DNA of 64,000 bases from Schizosaccharomyces osmophilus (taxonomy: Eukaryota): the NCBI RefSeq assembly GCF_027921745.1, contig NC_079238.1, positions 3,906,001 to 3,970,000 of the forward strand, read 5' to 3'. The notes beneath the pieces were generated by a model. The model was not told where the DNA came from. It made no database searches and saw only the letters and a list, made by a program, of their open reading frames with translations. Position numbers and translations under genes: made by a program. The number at the start of each line of letters is the position of its first letter. Positions within the stretch are counted from its first letter, which is position 1. Below, one piece after another: positions 1 to 11,166 of the stretch.

Positions 1-541
1 TGGATGAAGTGTCCTTTGATGAATTCGATTCTTCTAATACTTCATTGACAGTGCCAGAACGAAGCTCTACTGCTGATTCACTTGACATTACCTTAATTGA
101 TTTTACATTGGCTCGAATGCGACATACAGGTTCGTCATCTCCTATATTTAATGAATTTGATGACCCTGATTTATTTAATGGACGAGGTACGTACGATATT
201 TTTAATCGGAATAGTGAAACTAATCCATTTTCATAATAGATGACTATCAATTTGATATTTACAGACTGATGGCCAAAGTTACTAAAGGGCATTGGGATGA
301 ATACTTTCCAAAAACTAACATTCTCTGGTTACATTATTTATTACATCAAATTCTGTATAGGAAAACCATCCCTAAACCTCGCGATCATCATGAGCAACAG
401 TTGATGGAACGTCTTAAAAAACTGTTTAAGTTATTAGAACCGCTCCAGCGTTCCCGAAGAGGGTCGTGTCCTCTCCAGAACTGTGCGTTTTCTTCCGCCA
501 CTTCTCTTGATGAATGGGTCAGTCAGCGGTTTGATGAGTGA
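1..541 (+). CDS. hrk1: Haspin-family kinase, C-terminal part (5' end outside window)
   Basis: LIDFTLAR motif. Removing intron 187-239 (GTACGT..CTAAT..TAG) gives LFNGRDDYQFDIYRLM...W..YFPKTNILWLHYL, the haspin C-lobe signature. Confidence 0.9.
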
Positions 542-840
542 ACCTATGAGTTGTATCGTTCTCATTGTTCTTCTTTATGGAATATTTCTGTGCATTGCTT
601 ATTTAATTATGGTTCTATTGAAACCTAACTTTTTTGAGACTTTCCTTTCGAAAAATACAAAATTTTTTTGGTGTTTAATTCATGTTTTTCTAATTATATA
701 TTTTATATTCATATATATTTACCTGCAGTTTCCATTGTAACTTACTCATAAGATATATTCATCCTAAAGCGTACGTGCCTGCCCGCCGAGCCTTCTAGAT
801 GAACTCTACTTAAAAGTTGACATTCTAATAACTGTCAAAA

Positions 841-1157
841 ATGAATCCATTTTTTGGAAGAACTTCAGGATTAATGATAGCGCTGACTTTGGGGGTTTGT
901 TCTTCTGTATGTAATTCAATAAAAATCACTTACGGTTATTCGAGATGAATTCATGGCTTTGGTTGAACATTGCTGAAAAGGAGAAAAGTCTAACTGGATT
1001 GTAGTTTTATATAATGCAACCCGCTTTGAAGCAACAAAGGTAAGCAAATTGCATATTCACTTGACTATTAACGAATCGTGTTTGTAGGGACGAATATCAG
1101 AATTCACGAGACTTAGCTCTGACTAACGAGAAAAAAGAAGCAAGTCTGCGCGACTGA
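841..1157 (+). CDS. Three-exon 56-aa single-pass membrane microprotein, PIGBOS1-like (not in ORF track)
   Basis: AAAA-ATG context; exons 841-906, 1005-1039, 1088-1157. Introns GTATGT..CTAAC..TAG and GTAAGC..TTAAC..TAG. Spliced frame MNPFFGRTSGLMIALTLGVCSSFYIMQPALKQQRDEYQNSRDLALTNEKKEASLRD*. Confidence 0.75.
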
Positions 1158-1530
1158 ATATCAAACGAATGCTTGTGAAATCCGATTTATTCTCAAACGT
1201 CAGTTGCTTATTGATGCATTCTTGTTTGTATACCGGGCAGCGGATACTTAATTAATTATCTATAACAATTGCTAATATTCTGAGAATCGTATTTGTCGTA
1301 ACCGACATTTATATTAAACTTATAACTATCACACCCTATCCTTTTTAAAAAGTAAATATAAATACATAGATGTCTTGAAAGTAAGCAGCAACACTTTACA
1401 CGGATTGATGCCAATAAACAGAAGCATAAATCAAAAAAAAGAAAAAAAAAATATTGACGAACCCAAAAGAGAAGATAATAATAACCATATCCAAAAAACG
1501 TAAAGCCGTATACTATATGTTTTAGACCTT

Positions 1531-2862
1531 TTAGGGAGACAAAATGTAAGCTTCCCTCAAATAGTTGGCTAAAGCTGCTTTCCAGTGCTTGATTCGTCGT
1601 ATGAAGGAGGGGCCTTGAAGGTAGTAATGAAGATGAGGAAGTAATCGCTTGAAGGCTTCTTGGTTATTAAATGGTACGGGAACTAGTTCACCAAACGATT
1701 CGAGTTCTTCTTTCAATTCCTCTTCAGTCCAGCTAGATTGCTTGGAAATAGTAGGATGGGAGAATAGAGAATCATTCAAAACTTCAATATCTGCTACAGA
1801 CCATTCAGAAACAGCATCCATATAAAATAGTTTTGCAGTATGAAGAAGGTCATGACGAGTGTTGTACAAAAGGCTCGAATATAAGCTATCTTCTTTACGA
1901 TAGGTTTCCAACCACGCCAAAAGATCTTCAGAAGACCATCCATCCAAGACATTCGAAGGAGAGAATGCTCTAGGTGTGAAACGATGATTGTATACGTTTC
2001 TTAATAAACTCTCACGAGGAGATAATACAGAAACGGGAGTACCCCTTTCTCTTAAGAAGTCGATGAGACGGCCATCAGACCACAAATGAATAATTTCTTT
2101 CATAAATGAAGCGGGAAGTTCTTTCTCTTCATTTCTTGAGCTTACATTATATTCCAGCTCATCTGACTCAGCAGAACAATAGCGTTTGGCAAGGATAGTC
2201 AAGTCTTCGCGTGATGCACCTAAAGGAATGCGTACATTCTTTTCATCCAACAAGTTAAGTAGCAAATTAGTTGACCAAGTTTCAAATTCCTCGTTGGTGA
2301 GTTCGGTGTTTTCCAAAAATGCTTGAAATACAGTTTCCAGCAATTGTTCCCTGGTCCCGGGCTCAGGAACCTCAAAATTATGTTTTATTAACCACTCTGA
2401 AAGTTCAGAATTCGACCAAGCATCAAAGATCCATACACCTAATTCAGGAATTTTGCTCATTGACTCCCTCAACTCGTTCGTGCTAGTCTCATGAGGGTAA
2501 TACTTATCCCTCAAATTAGAAATTAATTGAAAAGGAGACTTCCAAGGTTCTAACGTCGACTCTGCGCTTGGAGCATCCAAAGACTTTACTCCATGGCCTT
2601 TCAGAAAATCATCAAGTTTGCGTTGAGGCCAGGAATCGGATGTAGGCTTGTAGGGTGTTTGCTGTTTATCAACGTAAATAGTTTTTTGAACAACATCTGT
2701 TTTCGTTTTATAGGCATTATACACCGGTGTCTGTCTCAGGTCCCTTGCTTCGCCCAAACCTTTCGGGATTAGTATGAGTCACTTTCAATTAAAGAACATA
2801 CTTTGTACTACAAAAACTCTAAAAGAAAAAGAAATAACTGCCAATTGAAATAAGAATTGCAT
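1531..2862 (-). CDS. les1: Ish1/Msc1-like nuclear envelope protein Les1
   Basis: Repeated W(S/T)xxxLxxWL...P..(S/T)RE.LL units. Hydrophobic first exon 2862-2802 (alternative in-frame ATG at 2868) and intron 2760-2801. Syntenic with SPAC23C4.05c. Confidence 0.8.
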
Positions 2863-2943
2863 ATACATATTAAATCAGTTGTTGGTACTTCCTGAAGAAC
2901 CAGGATGAAATTGCATAAGTAACTTCGTTGAGTCAAACGAATG

Positions 2944-2964
2944 TGACGTAACCAACTGTAAACA
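2944..2964. promoter_or_regulatory. CRE/Atf1-type site (TGACGTAA) next to a FLEX/forkhead site (GTAAACA) upstream of les1
   Basis: TGACGTAA at 2944-2951 and GTAAACA at 2958-2964, about 80-100 bp upstream of the ATG. Motif match only. Confidence 0.4.
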
Positions 2965-3252
2965 AGTTAAGAAAGAGAATCACATAACTAAGTAAAAGGA
3001 AAATAAAATATACATTTAATAAACTTATACAGGAATTGGTAGAAACGATTCTAGAGAGAAGGATGTCATGTACGATGCATTAGACTAGTAAACAAGCACT
3101 ATGAAAATGAATCGTGGAATCCATCAAAAAAAGATTCAAAAGGATGACATTAAGGGTATTTCATACCTGCCTACCTACTTGCCATTGCGCGTGCAATCAT
3201 TTGAAAATAAAAATATGATGCTGAGTCCATTCATCATTCAAGTGAAAGCATG

Positions 3253-4233
3253 CTATTTTTTTACCAAAGAATATAATATGATAGAGTCAAGAACAGTTTC
3301 GTGCTCTAAAATACACCACTGCAAAAGATGATCCATGAAAGTTTTCTCATTTTCGTGACGTTTCTTGTAGGAAATAAAGATCCTGGTTTGACTTTGCATT
3401 AGGAATTTCAAGGCTGTTTCCAAGGAAGAAAAGCTAGATTCGTTATACATAACATCGGACATGAGAACGTAGTCCCACCTTTTCTGCAGTTTAGGCGGTA
3501 TTTGAGATGACCATACAAATAGATCGGTAGATATATTATTGTGGAGGAGGTGTTGATTTTTAGTAATGTTTGCTTGTAAGATACCAAGGGCATCATCCAA
3601 ATCAGTCATACAAACAGATGCATTTGGATACTTGGATGCTACAGAAATGCCTAAAATCCCACATCCAGATCCAAGTTCCAATACTTGTAGGTCTTTCTTG
3701 TCTGATAAGGTCCATTCTGGTTCTTGTCTTAAAATTTTCTCAGATAGAATAATCCCTGCGTCCCATATATGTTTAGCGATACTCTCGCCCATTTGTTCCA
3801 GAAAGCATAATCCAAAAGGCTCCCAATCATTATGTTCTAAATATCGCCAAACGTGCTTGGGACCTTCGTTTTTAGTCAGTGAAAAGGAGTCGCTCCAAAC
3901 AGGTAGTATGACATGATATTCATGCGGCGAAATATTGGGTGTAGTCGTTTGCGGAAAAAGAATTAGTTGAAGTTGCTTTGAACTGACTGGAATGCTAATA
4001 GAAAGGGTCGATGCAACTTCATACCCATTCCAGACGACAGATTCGCTTTTAAGAGGAATAGGTTTTCCATTTGAAACATCCGCGACCACAACTTGCAGCG
4101 GACAACGTTCTGGATAAAAAAATTCTCCAAGATCTGTCGTCAGAGTGAAAACCGCCTTAATAATACCCGTTTTTGACCCTCTTGCATTCACCGGTTGAAC
4201 CTTTAAGAATCGTATATGATAAAAATGCGCCAT
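3253..4233 (-). CDS. SAM-dependent protein lysine methyltransferase, METTL21/Efm2-like family
   Basis: HIWDAG, VLELGSGCG, MTD and SDVMYN motifs; syntenic with SPAC23C4.06c. Confidence 0.85.
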   Translation of the reverse strand: MAHFYHIRFLKVQPVNARGSKTGIIKAVFTLTTDLGEFFYPERCPLQVVVADVSNGKPIPLKSESVVWNGYEVASTLSISIPVSSKQLQLILFPQTTTPNISPHEYHVILPVWSDSFSLTKNEGPKHVWRYLEHNDWEPFGLCFLEQMGESIAKHIWDAGIILSEKILRQEPEWTLSDKKDLQVLELGSGCGILGISVASKYPNASVCMTDLDDALGILQANITKNQHLLHNNISTDLFVWSSQIPPKLQKRWDYVLMSDVMYNESSFSSLETALKFLMQSQTRIFISYKKRHENEKTFMDHLLQWCILEHETVLDSIILYSLVKK

Positions 4234-4606
4234 CAGTAAAAATGCTTCGTAGCGTTATTGAATGAAATAATTGAAAGAACAGTAAAATTACTAAAGACCC
4301 AGTTTACTAGTTTTTCCCCCTTCTTTTACCACATGGGTTAGCTTTTCTTTCTTTCGGACTAGTAGTAGTAAGTATTGAAAAAAGTAGCAACCACAGAATT
4401 CTTCTTCAATCATCAACCCATTTTTCCTTTCTTTTTTAGTTTAATATCAAGGGCACTTGACTACCTTTCATGGACGTTTCATATCCACTATACACCATTT
4501 AGGGAATCTCGCCTTTGTGTGTTCTTATACAACGGGTGGTACGCGCATGGTATCCACAACTGTCGCGTTTTTTCCTTCATCCTTTTGTAATTGATATTGA
4601 ATTAAC

Positions 4607-5182
4607 ATGGTAAGGCCAATGCCAAATATTTTAGTGGACTCCATACAAGAATGGGAATCTTACATGGAAAACCTTGATGATGAATGTGCTACCTTTGGAA
4701 GGATTACAAGAATGCGCCCAGAAGGCAATATGGAGAAACCAGAAGACTTTGTAAAAGATGCCTTTCATTACTTCGATGAAGAAAACGAGACTTTGGGTCG
4801 ACGGAAAATCATTTTGCTTCGTGCTAAACGAAGACTTTGTCAACAAGACCTTCTTTGGAAGCATTCTAAAGACACAGAGAACCAATGCTTGGAAAAAATG
4901 ACAGGACTACTAAAAAATCATGTTGAACGGATGCTGAAATTCTGTAGGATGGTTTGTGAAAAATTGTCCGAAACATTCGAAACTACAATGAAAGTCGCAA
5001 AAGATTTTCAAGATTGCAAACCTTCTCAAGAATGGTTTTATTTATTTCAATTGAAATATATAAAGAAACAAAAAAAACATCAAATCCTTCCTTTCGTTTC
5101 CGAATGGATAATCATGGTACAACAGTACATTGACTTGTTAAACGATTTCGCAGCTATTCAACAGAAAGTATTGAAACTTTAA
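4607..5182 (+). CDS. tht2: Meiotic protein Tht2
   Basis: 191-aa intronless helical ORF in the position of S. pombe tht2, with a TNAAAC cluster at its 3' end. The call rests mainly on synteny. Confidence 0.65.
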   Translation: MVRPMPNILVDSIQEWESYMENLDDECATFGRITRMRPEGNMEKPEDFVKDAFHYFDEENETLGRRKIILLRAKRRLCQQDLLWKHSKDTENQCLEKMTGLLKNHVERMLKFCRMVCEKLSETFETTMKVAKDFQDCKPSQEWFYLFQLKYIKKQKKHQILPFVSEWIIMVQQYIDLLNDFAAIQQKVLKL

Positions 5183-5251
5183 AAAAATTATTAAACTAAA
5201 TATTAGCCATGATCTAGAATTCCTTTTTTAAATTTTCGCGATTTTTTAAAC
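5138..5251 (+). promoter_or_regulatory. DSR (Mmi1-binding) hexamer cluster
   Basis: TTAAAC at 5138, 5191 and 5246, TGAAAC at 5172, all in sense orientation across the stop codon and 3' UTR. Confidence 0.55.
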
Positions 5252-5673
5252 TAGCATAATATATCATTGAGTAATGCTTGGGAAAGTCTTTCGGCTGTAA
5301 GGGAAAAAGTCACTATAAATTGTTTTAAAGGGAAACTAGATTATGCCGACAAATGATTAGGTTAAAAGAAAACCAGGTCGTTATTGAATTTATCATTTTC
5401 TCAAATACCTACTTGCAACATAAGACTTTGAAATGTAGAACCAATTTATCAGGTAACGACTTGACTACACACATATATTATTCGTAGAGTACAACAAGTG
5501 GGATGTTTCAAATATTCTATGTGGGGTCCAAGGAACTACACTTCAACGAAGGGGTTCTTGCGTAAGTAGTTCTTCAGTTGTGTTGGTTTCATCCAAAACC
5601 AAACTCGTTTATTCTGCTCATTAGTTCTTTAAGAGCTGTTTGATCATTGAAAATTAAAGAAAACGTAGCAAGC

Positions 5674-6560
5674 ATGGTAGGCTGCTTTGGACGCAAGAAA
5701 AAACCAATTTACCGAAAAATTGTGATTCTGGGTGATGGTAAGAGCATTGCTGCTTAGTGAAATGTCTCGTACGGGGAATGTGAAAATGGCTAATAATTTT
5801 AGGTGCTGCTGGTAAAACTAGTCTGCTAAACGTGTTTACGAAGGGGTACTTCCCTCAAGTATATGAACCTACCATGTAAGTTACTTTGTATAATAAAAAC
5901 TCCAAAGGAAAACCGTCCATTGATTTCTTCCAATATGAAAGCCTGTCTTGTTTGATAGAGCACCTTGTGCTGTCAAATGAAGACAGTGTTTTCTTTCGTG
6001 TATTCAGAAATCCCTTAGTGCTTCCTTTGTGTTGTTATTTCAGCCCTGCCGTTGATTGAATTATGTTCCTAACACATCTTAGTTTTGAGAATTATATTCA
6101 TGATATATTTGTGGATGGAAATAGCATAGAATTATCCTTATGGGATACAGCCGGTCAAGAGGAGTACGATCAACTGCGTTCACTTTCATACTCTGACACA
6201 CATGTCATTATGATTTGTTTTGCTGTGGACTCGCCAGACTCCTTGGAAAATGTCGTCGCCAAATGGTTACCAGAAGTCTCCAGCAATTGCCCGTCAGTCA
6301 AGCTTGTTTTAGTTGCTTTAAAATGCGATTTGCGTGGCGCAGAAGATGATCAAGCAAACTCTAGACTTATAGGTTATGAAGAAGGCCTTGCGGCCGCGAA
6401 AAAGATTAACGCTGTACGATATCTTGAATGCAGTGCGAAACTAAACAGAGGTGTCAACGAGGCATTCACAGAAGCAGCTCGAGTAGCTCTGGCTGCTCAA
6501 CCACGTAGTGCAAAAGACAATGGTGATAGTTCTCACAAAACCGGTTGTATCATTTGCTAA
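5674..6560 (+). CDS. rho3: Rho-family GTPase Rho3
   Basis: Exons 5674-5737, 5803-5875, 6083-6560. GDGAAGKTS, YEPTIFENY, WDTAGQE motifs; N-terminal Cys; CAAX CIIC. Confidence 0.95.
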
Positions 6561-7223
6561 ATGGTCAGAGAGAGGCCACTTTCTTAATACACCATTCTAT
6601 AATTCGTCCCCCCCTTTTTTTTTACATACTCGTCTATATTGTACAGAAACCTTCTCTCTCCTTTGTATAGGCTACGACTCTTAGCTTTTCCGATTATCTG
6701 CCGTATTTCCTTTCTCGTCATTTCTATAAAAGTTTCGTTTAGGACATTCGACCTGGTATCCGCTTTTCCGTTCTTTATTGTTTACAATTTTATATTAATG
6801 CGGTAAATGGCTTTTTAATGCTTTTTGGCCATTCTATCGCGTGTTCCTATTCTGAAGTAGCCATTGTGCTCTGTCACCAAACCAGCAAGTTGTCGATAGC
6901 ATTGTCTTTTTGTTTGACTTGTAGGTTTTTATGAACTTCACTCCTTTTTCTACGATTCGTTCTTTTTTCTCTTTTTTCTATTCTTGATATGGGATTTATT
7001 TAATTAAATTGCTAATTCCTTCATATCATTGTAAAATACATCTCATTCCTTCTTCGATGATTGTATATTAGTTTCTAAAGTCCTGAATAAACATGAGGTA
7101 GCTATAAATTCCATAAATGATGATTTTTGAAAGAGTTTTTCTACTTATTGCTCTAGCTCTAAACGTCCACTGTTCATGGTGGTTACTAAGATTCTCGCTA
7201 GCCTTTTCCCTCCTTGTAATGAC

Positions 7224-7959
7224 TTATAGATCCCAGTCATCTTCATCATCAACGGCACGGCGACTATACTACAAACATGTTAACATTCTGAAAGATAATT
7301 TAAGAGAACATTGACAAGAGAACGCCAAGCCGAATAGAAAAACAAGTACATACAACAATCTTAGTTTCTCTTTGTTTTGATAATTGACCAGAGATCTGTT
7401 CTAGAAGCTCAATTAATTCAGATTCGGAAATCTTTTGTAGGACTTGGCCACTTCTAGCCATTCGAAGCAATAGTTCCTCAACGGCTAACGAGCATGTTAG
7501 AGATAAAAAAAATAAAAAAATTATCACAAATGAACGCTTGACGTACCTTGAGCGCGATCAGGCTTTACTAGAGCGATACGACGAAGTCTATCTCGGGCAG
7601 AGTGCTCTAGTATTTGGGTGAGCTAACAAAGAGAGATCAGTAAATTACGTCCTTCTTGTAATGAAATTGGATCATACCATGTTCTGACGAAGTTCGTCTG
7701 TGGCTTCTTTTTGTTGACCTTGATTTGCGGGAGCATTTTGAGGTCTATTCGCATGTTAATAAAAGGTGTTGTCGGGACGAAAAAGACTGAATTCTGAAGA
7801 AGAAAACATTCATGTATGAATGCATTCGACTAAAAGGTTGATAAATATATCAGTTGGAACTTCCTAACCATGTCCCTATGTAACTTACTCAGATGGTTGC
7901 TGCTGACCCTTTAATTGAGCAAGTCGAGCTTGACGGATCGCTTGCAATTCTTCATCCAT
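7224..7959 (-). CDS. PDCD5/TFAR19-family protein, 5 exons
   Basis: Spliced MDEELQAIRQARLAQLK...ARDRLRRIALVKPDRA..VEELLLRMARSGQ..KISESELIELLEQI...RRAVDDEDDWDL*, with four canonical introns. Confidence 0.9.
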
Positions 7960-8615
7960 GTTGAAAAACTAAAGTACGAGCCTTGAATGTATAGAATTTT
8001 TCTTGCTTCTTGGTTGAACAAATGGAAAGACGTAACGTGCAAAGTCCTCACGAACTGTCGTCTTTGGAGTCTACAAAAAAAAAAAAAAGAACTTAAAAAT
8101 AAGAAAGAACTAAGGCACTTTTGAACGCTTAATCAAAGCTCAATAAAACCGTGCGTTTGAAGACACGAAATCTTTATAAAGGAGTAAATAATGCATTACA
8201 AAGCACTCCATTAAAAATATAGTACGAATTCCTAAGATGTATCATTAAAAAAAATGCGGTAATATGAAACTCCAAAGAAAGTATGGATAGTGAAGCTTGA
8301 AATAGTGCACCGCTAAATATTATTTCTTCCGCGGTAAGTTTTACTAACGTAACGTACCGTAGATTAGTCCCTACTACTACCTCTCGTTATTCTATTTACA
8401 AATTTGCAGCATAGGTTATTAGAGGATGGATTCAAACGACTGAGAATGACACTCAGAACTTTCTCATTTCCTCGTGACGGACTTTATGCAAAGTTTCATT
8501 AGACAAGTGTAAATTAAATAAAAAGGATTCAAGTACCGTATGGGCCATAAAAACGCAGGTGCTGCTGAACGCCAAAGATTAGTTTTACGCGGTCCTCGAC
8601 ATACAAGCTGTCTCT

Positions 8616-10238
8616 ATGCTTGATGTATCGGTTGAGTCGACTGATCACTTCAACGCAGTGAAAACAAACATAAGGAAGAATAATGAAAAAGAATTGAAGG
8701 AAAAAACTAGAGCCATGTCTGAGGAAGAAATTCTTTCACACAAATTGCTGGTTGCAATTGAAAAACAAGCAGCCTTAGATGAACGATACGCTGATGAAAT
8801 CCATAAAAACGAAGTGCTGGAAGAACGAATCCGTAAGTTAGAAGTTAGTGTTTCAACTCAGGAAAAAACCAAACAGCTCGCAAATGAAAGCGAAGATGTA
8901 GGGGAGAAACTACGGCAAACGGAGGCAAAATACCAAACCGTAGAAATTGAGCGGGATCGCGTGCAAACTGAGATTGAAGAATTAACTAGCTCTTTATTCG
9001 AAGAAGCGAATCGAATGGTAGCAGATGCTAAGAAAGAAACATCCGTTTATCAGCGACGTGCTTCTCAACTCCAAAAACAATTAGCCGATACCGAAACTCT
9101 CTTACTAAATGCCCAATCCCAGCTGATAGAGCTAAAGTCTGTCATGCAAAACATGTCCGATTCCTATGAACAGACGATTCATTCTCCTATACGACCCGGT
9201 TCTTCTGCTCATGATTCGGCTTCTATCACTAGTATGGGTTCTTCTACACCAGCGTTAGAAGAAACTTTACATCGAAGTGCCCCTAATCATGTAAAATCGG
9301 CTTCCTTCGAAAGTCCTAGGACGTCAGTAAATTCCAATTATGTATATCCCGCCGCTCACCGCCATCTTGAGCAAGTGCAAGATCAGAGAGCAGCCACCAG
9401 TCTAGGTATTCACCACCCTTCTCACGTTCATCGTGTACGAACGCTCGTTGAAGACAGGTCTAGCAGTGCCTCCCCCCCTGCTACGCCAGTCGTCGTTACA
9501 GACTCACCTCCTCCTTCTACCAACTATGTGACACCCATAAATTCCGCCATTTGGAACACAAGTCAGGCAAACTTTTCTCAAGCAATGAACTTTCAAAATC
9601 CCTCTTTTTCTGAGTTCCATGCTTTGTTAACCTATTCCTCGAAATCAGTTCAACCAAGGACCAGTTTAAACCGTATGTCTTCTTCCTCATCGTTGAAGAA
9701 TGTCGCTTTACAAAATCGTACGGTCCTCCCGCCAGCAAATACAAAGCAATCATCTTCATCACCGTCTCATCCATCTTTCTTACCGCCTGCTTCGCGTTGT
9801 CTTCGAGAATTTGCTTATTTTAAACGATGCGTTGAAGAGGACATTGATCCAACATTGCGCTTGGATCACGCAGTCGGCCTGTCGTGGTTAGCTCGTCGAT
9901 CGATTTATGCTGCTATTCTAGATGCTTCCTTAATTATTAACCCTTTGTCTTCTTCCTCATCGCAAGCATTTTCTCCATGTTCCCTTTGTGGAGATAATAG
10001 GGAAGACAGCCTTCGCTCTTTTGAGTTTCGGTCTCGTCCCGATGGTACATCTTATGCTTGCTGTAATTACTGCGTCGCTAGATTACGCAGCGTTTGTGGA
10101 TTTCTATCATTTTTATACCAAGTTGCTAAAGGTGTTTGGGATTCCTGTTCTGTTGAGAAAACTTGGACCGAGTGTATTCTTAAGCGTGAAGCAATGTTTT
10201 ATTCACGAACCGGATTAGCAAAAGAACTTGGCGGTTAA
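8616..10238 (+). CDS. sec2: Rab GEF Sec2
   Basis: Coiled coil with EIEELTSSLFEEANRMVA, plus C-terminal EEDIDPTLRLD, CSLC and C..CVARLRSVC. The frame is open back to an AG at 8582, so a short 5' exon may exist. Confidence 0.9.
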   Translation: MLDVSVESTDHFNAVKTNIRKNNEKELKEKTRAMSEEEILSHKLLVAIEKQAALDERYADEIHKNEVLEERIRKLEVSVSTQEKTKQLANESEDVGEKLRQTEAKYQTVEIERDRVQTEIEELTSSLFEEANRMVADAKKETSVYQRRASQLQKQLADTETLLLNAQSQLIELKSVMQNMSDSYEQTIHSPIRPGSSAHDSASITSMGSSTPALEETLHRSAPNHVKSASFESPRTSVNSNYVYPAAHRHLEQVQDQRAATSLGIHHPSHVHRVRTLVEDRSSSASPPATPVVVTDSPPPSTNYVTPINSAIWNTSQANFSQAMNFQNPSFSEFHALLTYSSKSVQPRTSLNRMSSSSSLKNVALQNRTVLPPANTKQSSSSPSHPSFLPPASRCLREFAYFKRCVEEDIDPTLRLDHAVGLSWLARRSIYAAILDASLIINPLSSSSSQAFSPCSLCGDNREDSLRSFEFRSRPDGTSYACCNYCVARLRSVCGFLSFLYQVAKGVWDSCSVEKTWTECILKREAMFYSRTGLAKELGG

Positions 10239-10898
10239 TCGATTTTGTCATTTTCTGTTGTTCAAATGACTCCCTCTCAAAATTAAGTTTTGGCAAGGGT
10301 GAATACTAGTTTATTCATTGATGGTACTTTAATAAGGATCATCGATTTAACGTTTTTTGAAGTTATGCTCACAATCGAACATAAGAAAACGAATTTATGG
10401 GGAGGGAACGTTCAATAATGCTGTAAATATGAACATATTTATGACCTATTCTTTTATTTTTATTTAATTTCTAACAACACTAATGTAGAGTTATCTTACG
10501 GCAATTAATATTGACAAATGTTTATAAGTCCTTCGAGTAAGATAAGAGCTCATGAAGTTGCGAATCATAATAAACGAAATCGTACAGAAGTTTTTGATAT
10601 AATTTCATTTTGCATTTCTTGCTAATTGTAAACTTCTGGTTTATTTGAGCTTTCGTATAGAATATCCATTCCTAAGTTCTGAAAGCGAAAGTTTGAATGC
10701 CAATCAACTAAAACAGTAATCTAAAGTAAAAATAATACAAGTAAAAAAATATTGTAAATTTTGAATAAAAAAAAAAAAAAAAAAACTTGGAAAAGATGAT
10801 CCTACTTAGTGGATATATCTCTACGACTTCCGAATTGGTTCCACTCATCTATCCTCCACTCCCCCCTTTCTTCACTCATAAAGTATTGTTGAACAAAC

Positions 10899-11166
10899 AT
10901 GGCATTCTTTGGACTTCGTGCTTATTCTACACCTATTTTAAAGCCTATGTATCCTTTCATTTTAGGAGGTGAGTAAAAGAAGCAAGGATAAAGTGAATTG
11001 GAATGAAGACTAACAAGATTAGGTGGTATCATCTTTTATGGAACCTACAAGCTCCGTAATGCTCTTCTTGCTGGTAAGGATATTTAAATAATTGAAGTAT
11101 ACCAGAAATGCTGACTCTTGAATAGCGGAAGAAAAGAAGAACGAGAAACCTGCATCTGGTCATTAA
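10899..11166 (+). CDS. atp18: Mitochondrial ATP synthase subunit i/j
   Basis: Exons 10899-10968, 11023-11073, 11126-11166 give MAFFGLRAYSTPILKPMYPFILGGGIIFYGTYKLRNALLAAEEKKNEKPASGH (53 aa). Not in the ORF track. Confidence 0.88.

Noticed and set aside
483..740. 85-aa hydrophobic ORF overlapping the hrk1 end, and similar F/I/L-rich ORFs at 15450, 39986, 40574 and 44794
   Set aside because: Low-complexity translations of T-rich UTR or intergenic DNA.
6550..6560. Rho3 CAAX ends CIIC rather than the CIIA I recall for S. pombe
   Set aside because: Still a plausible farnesylation signal; a minor difference.
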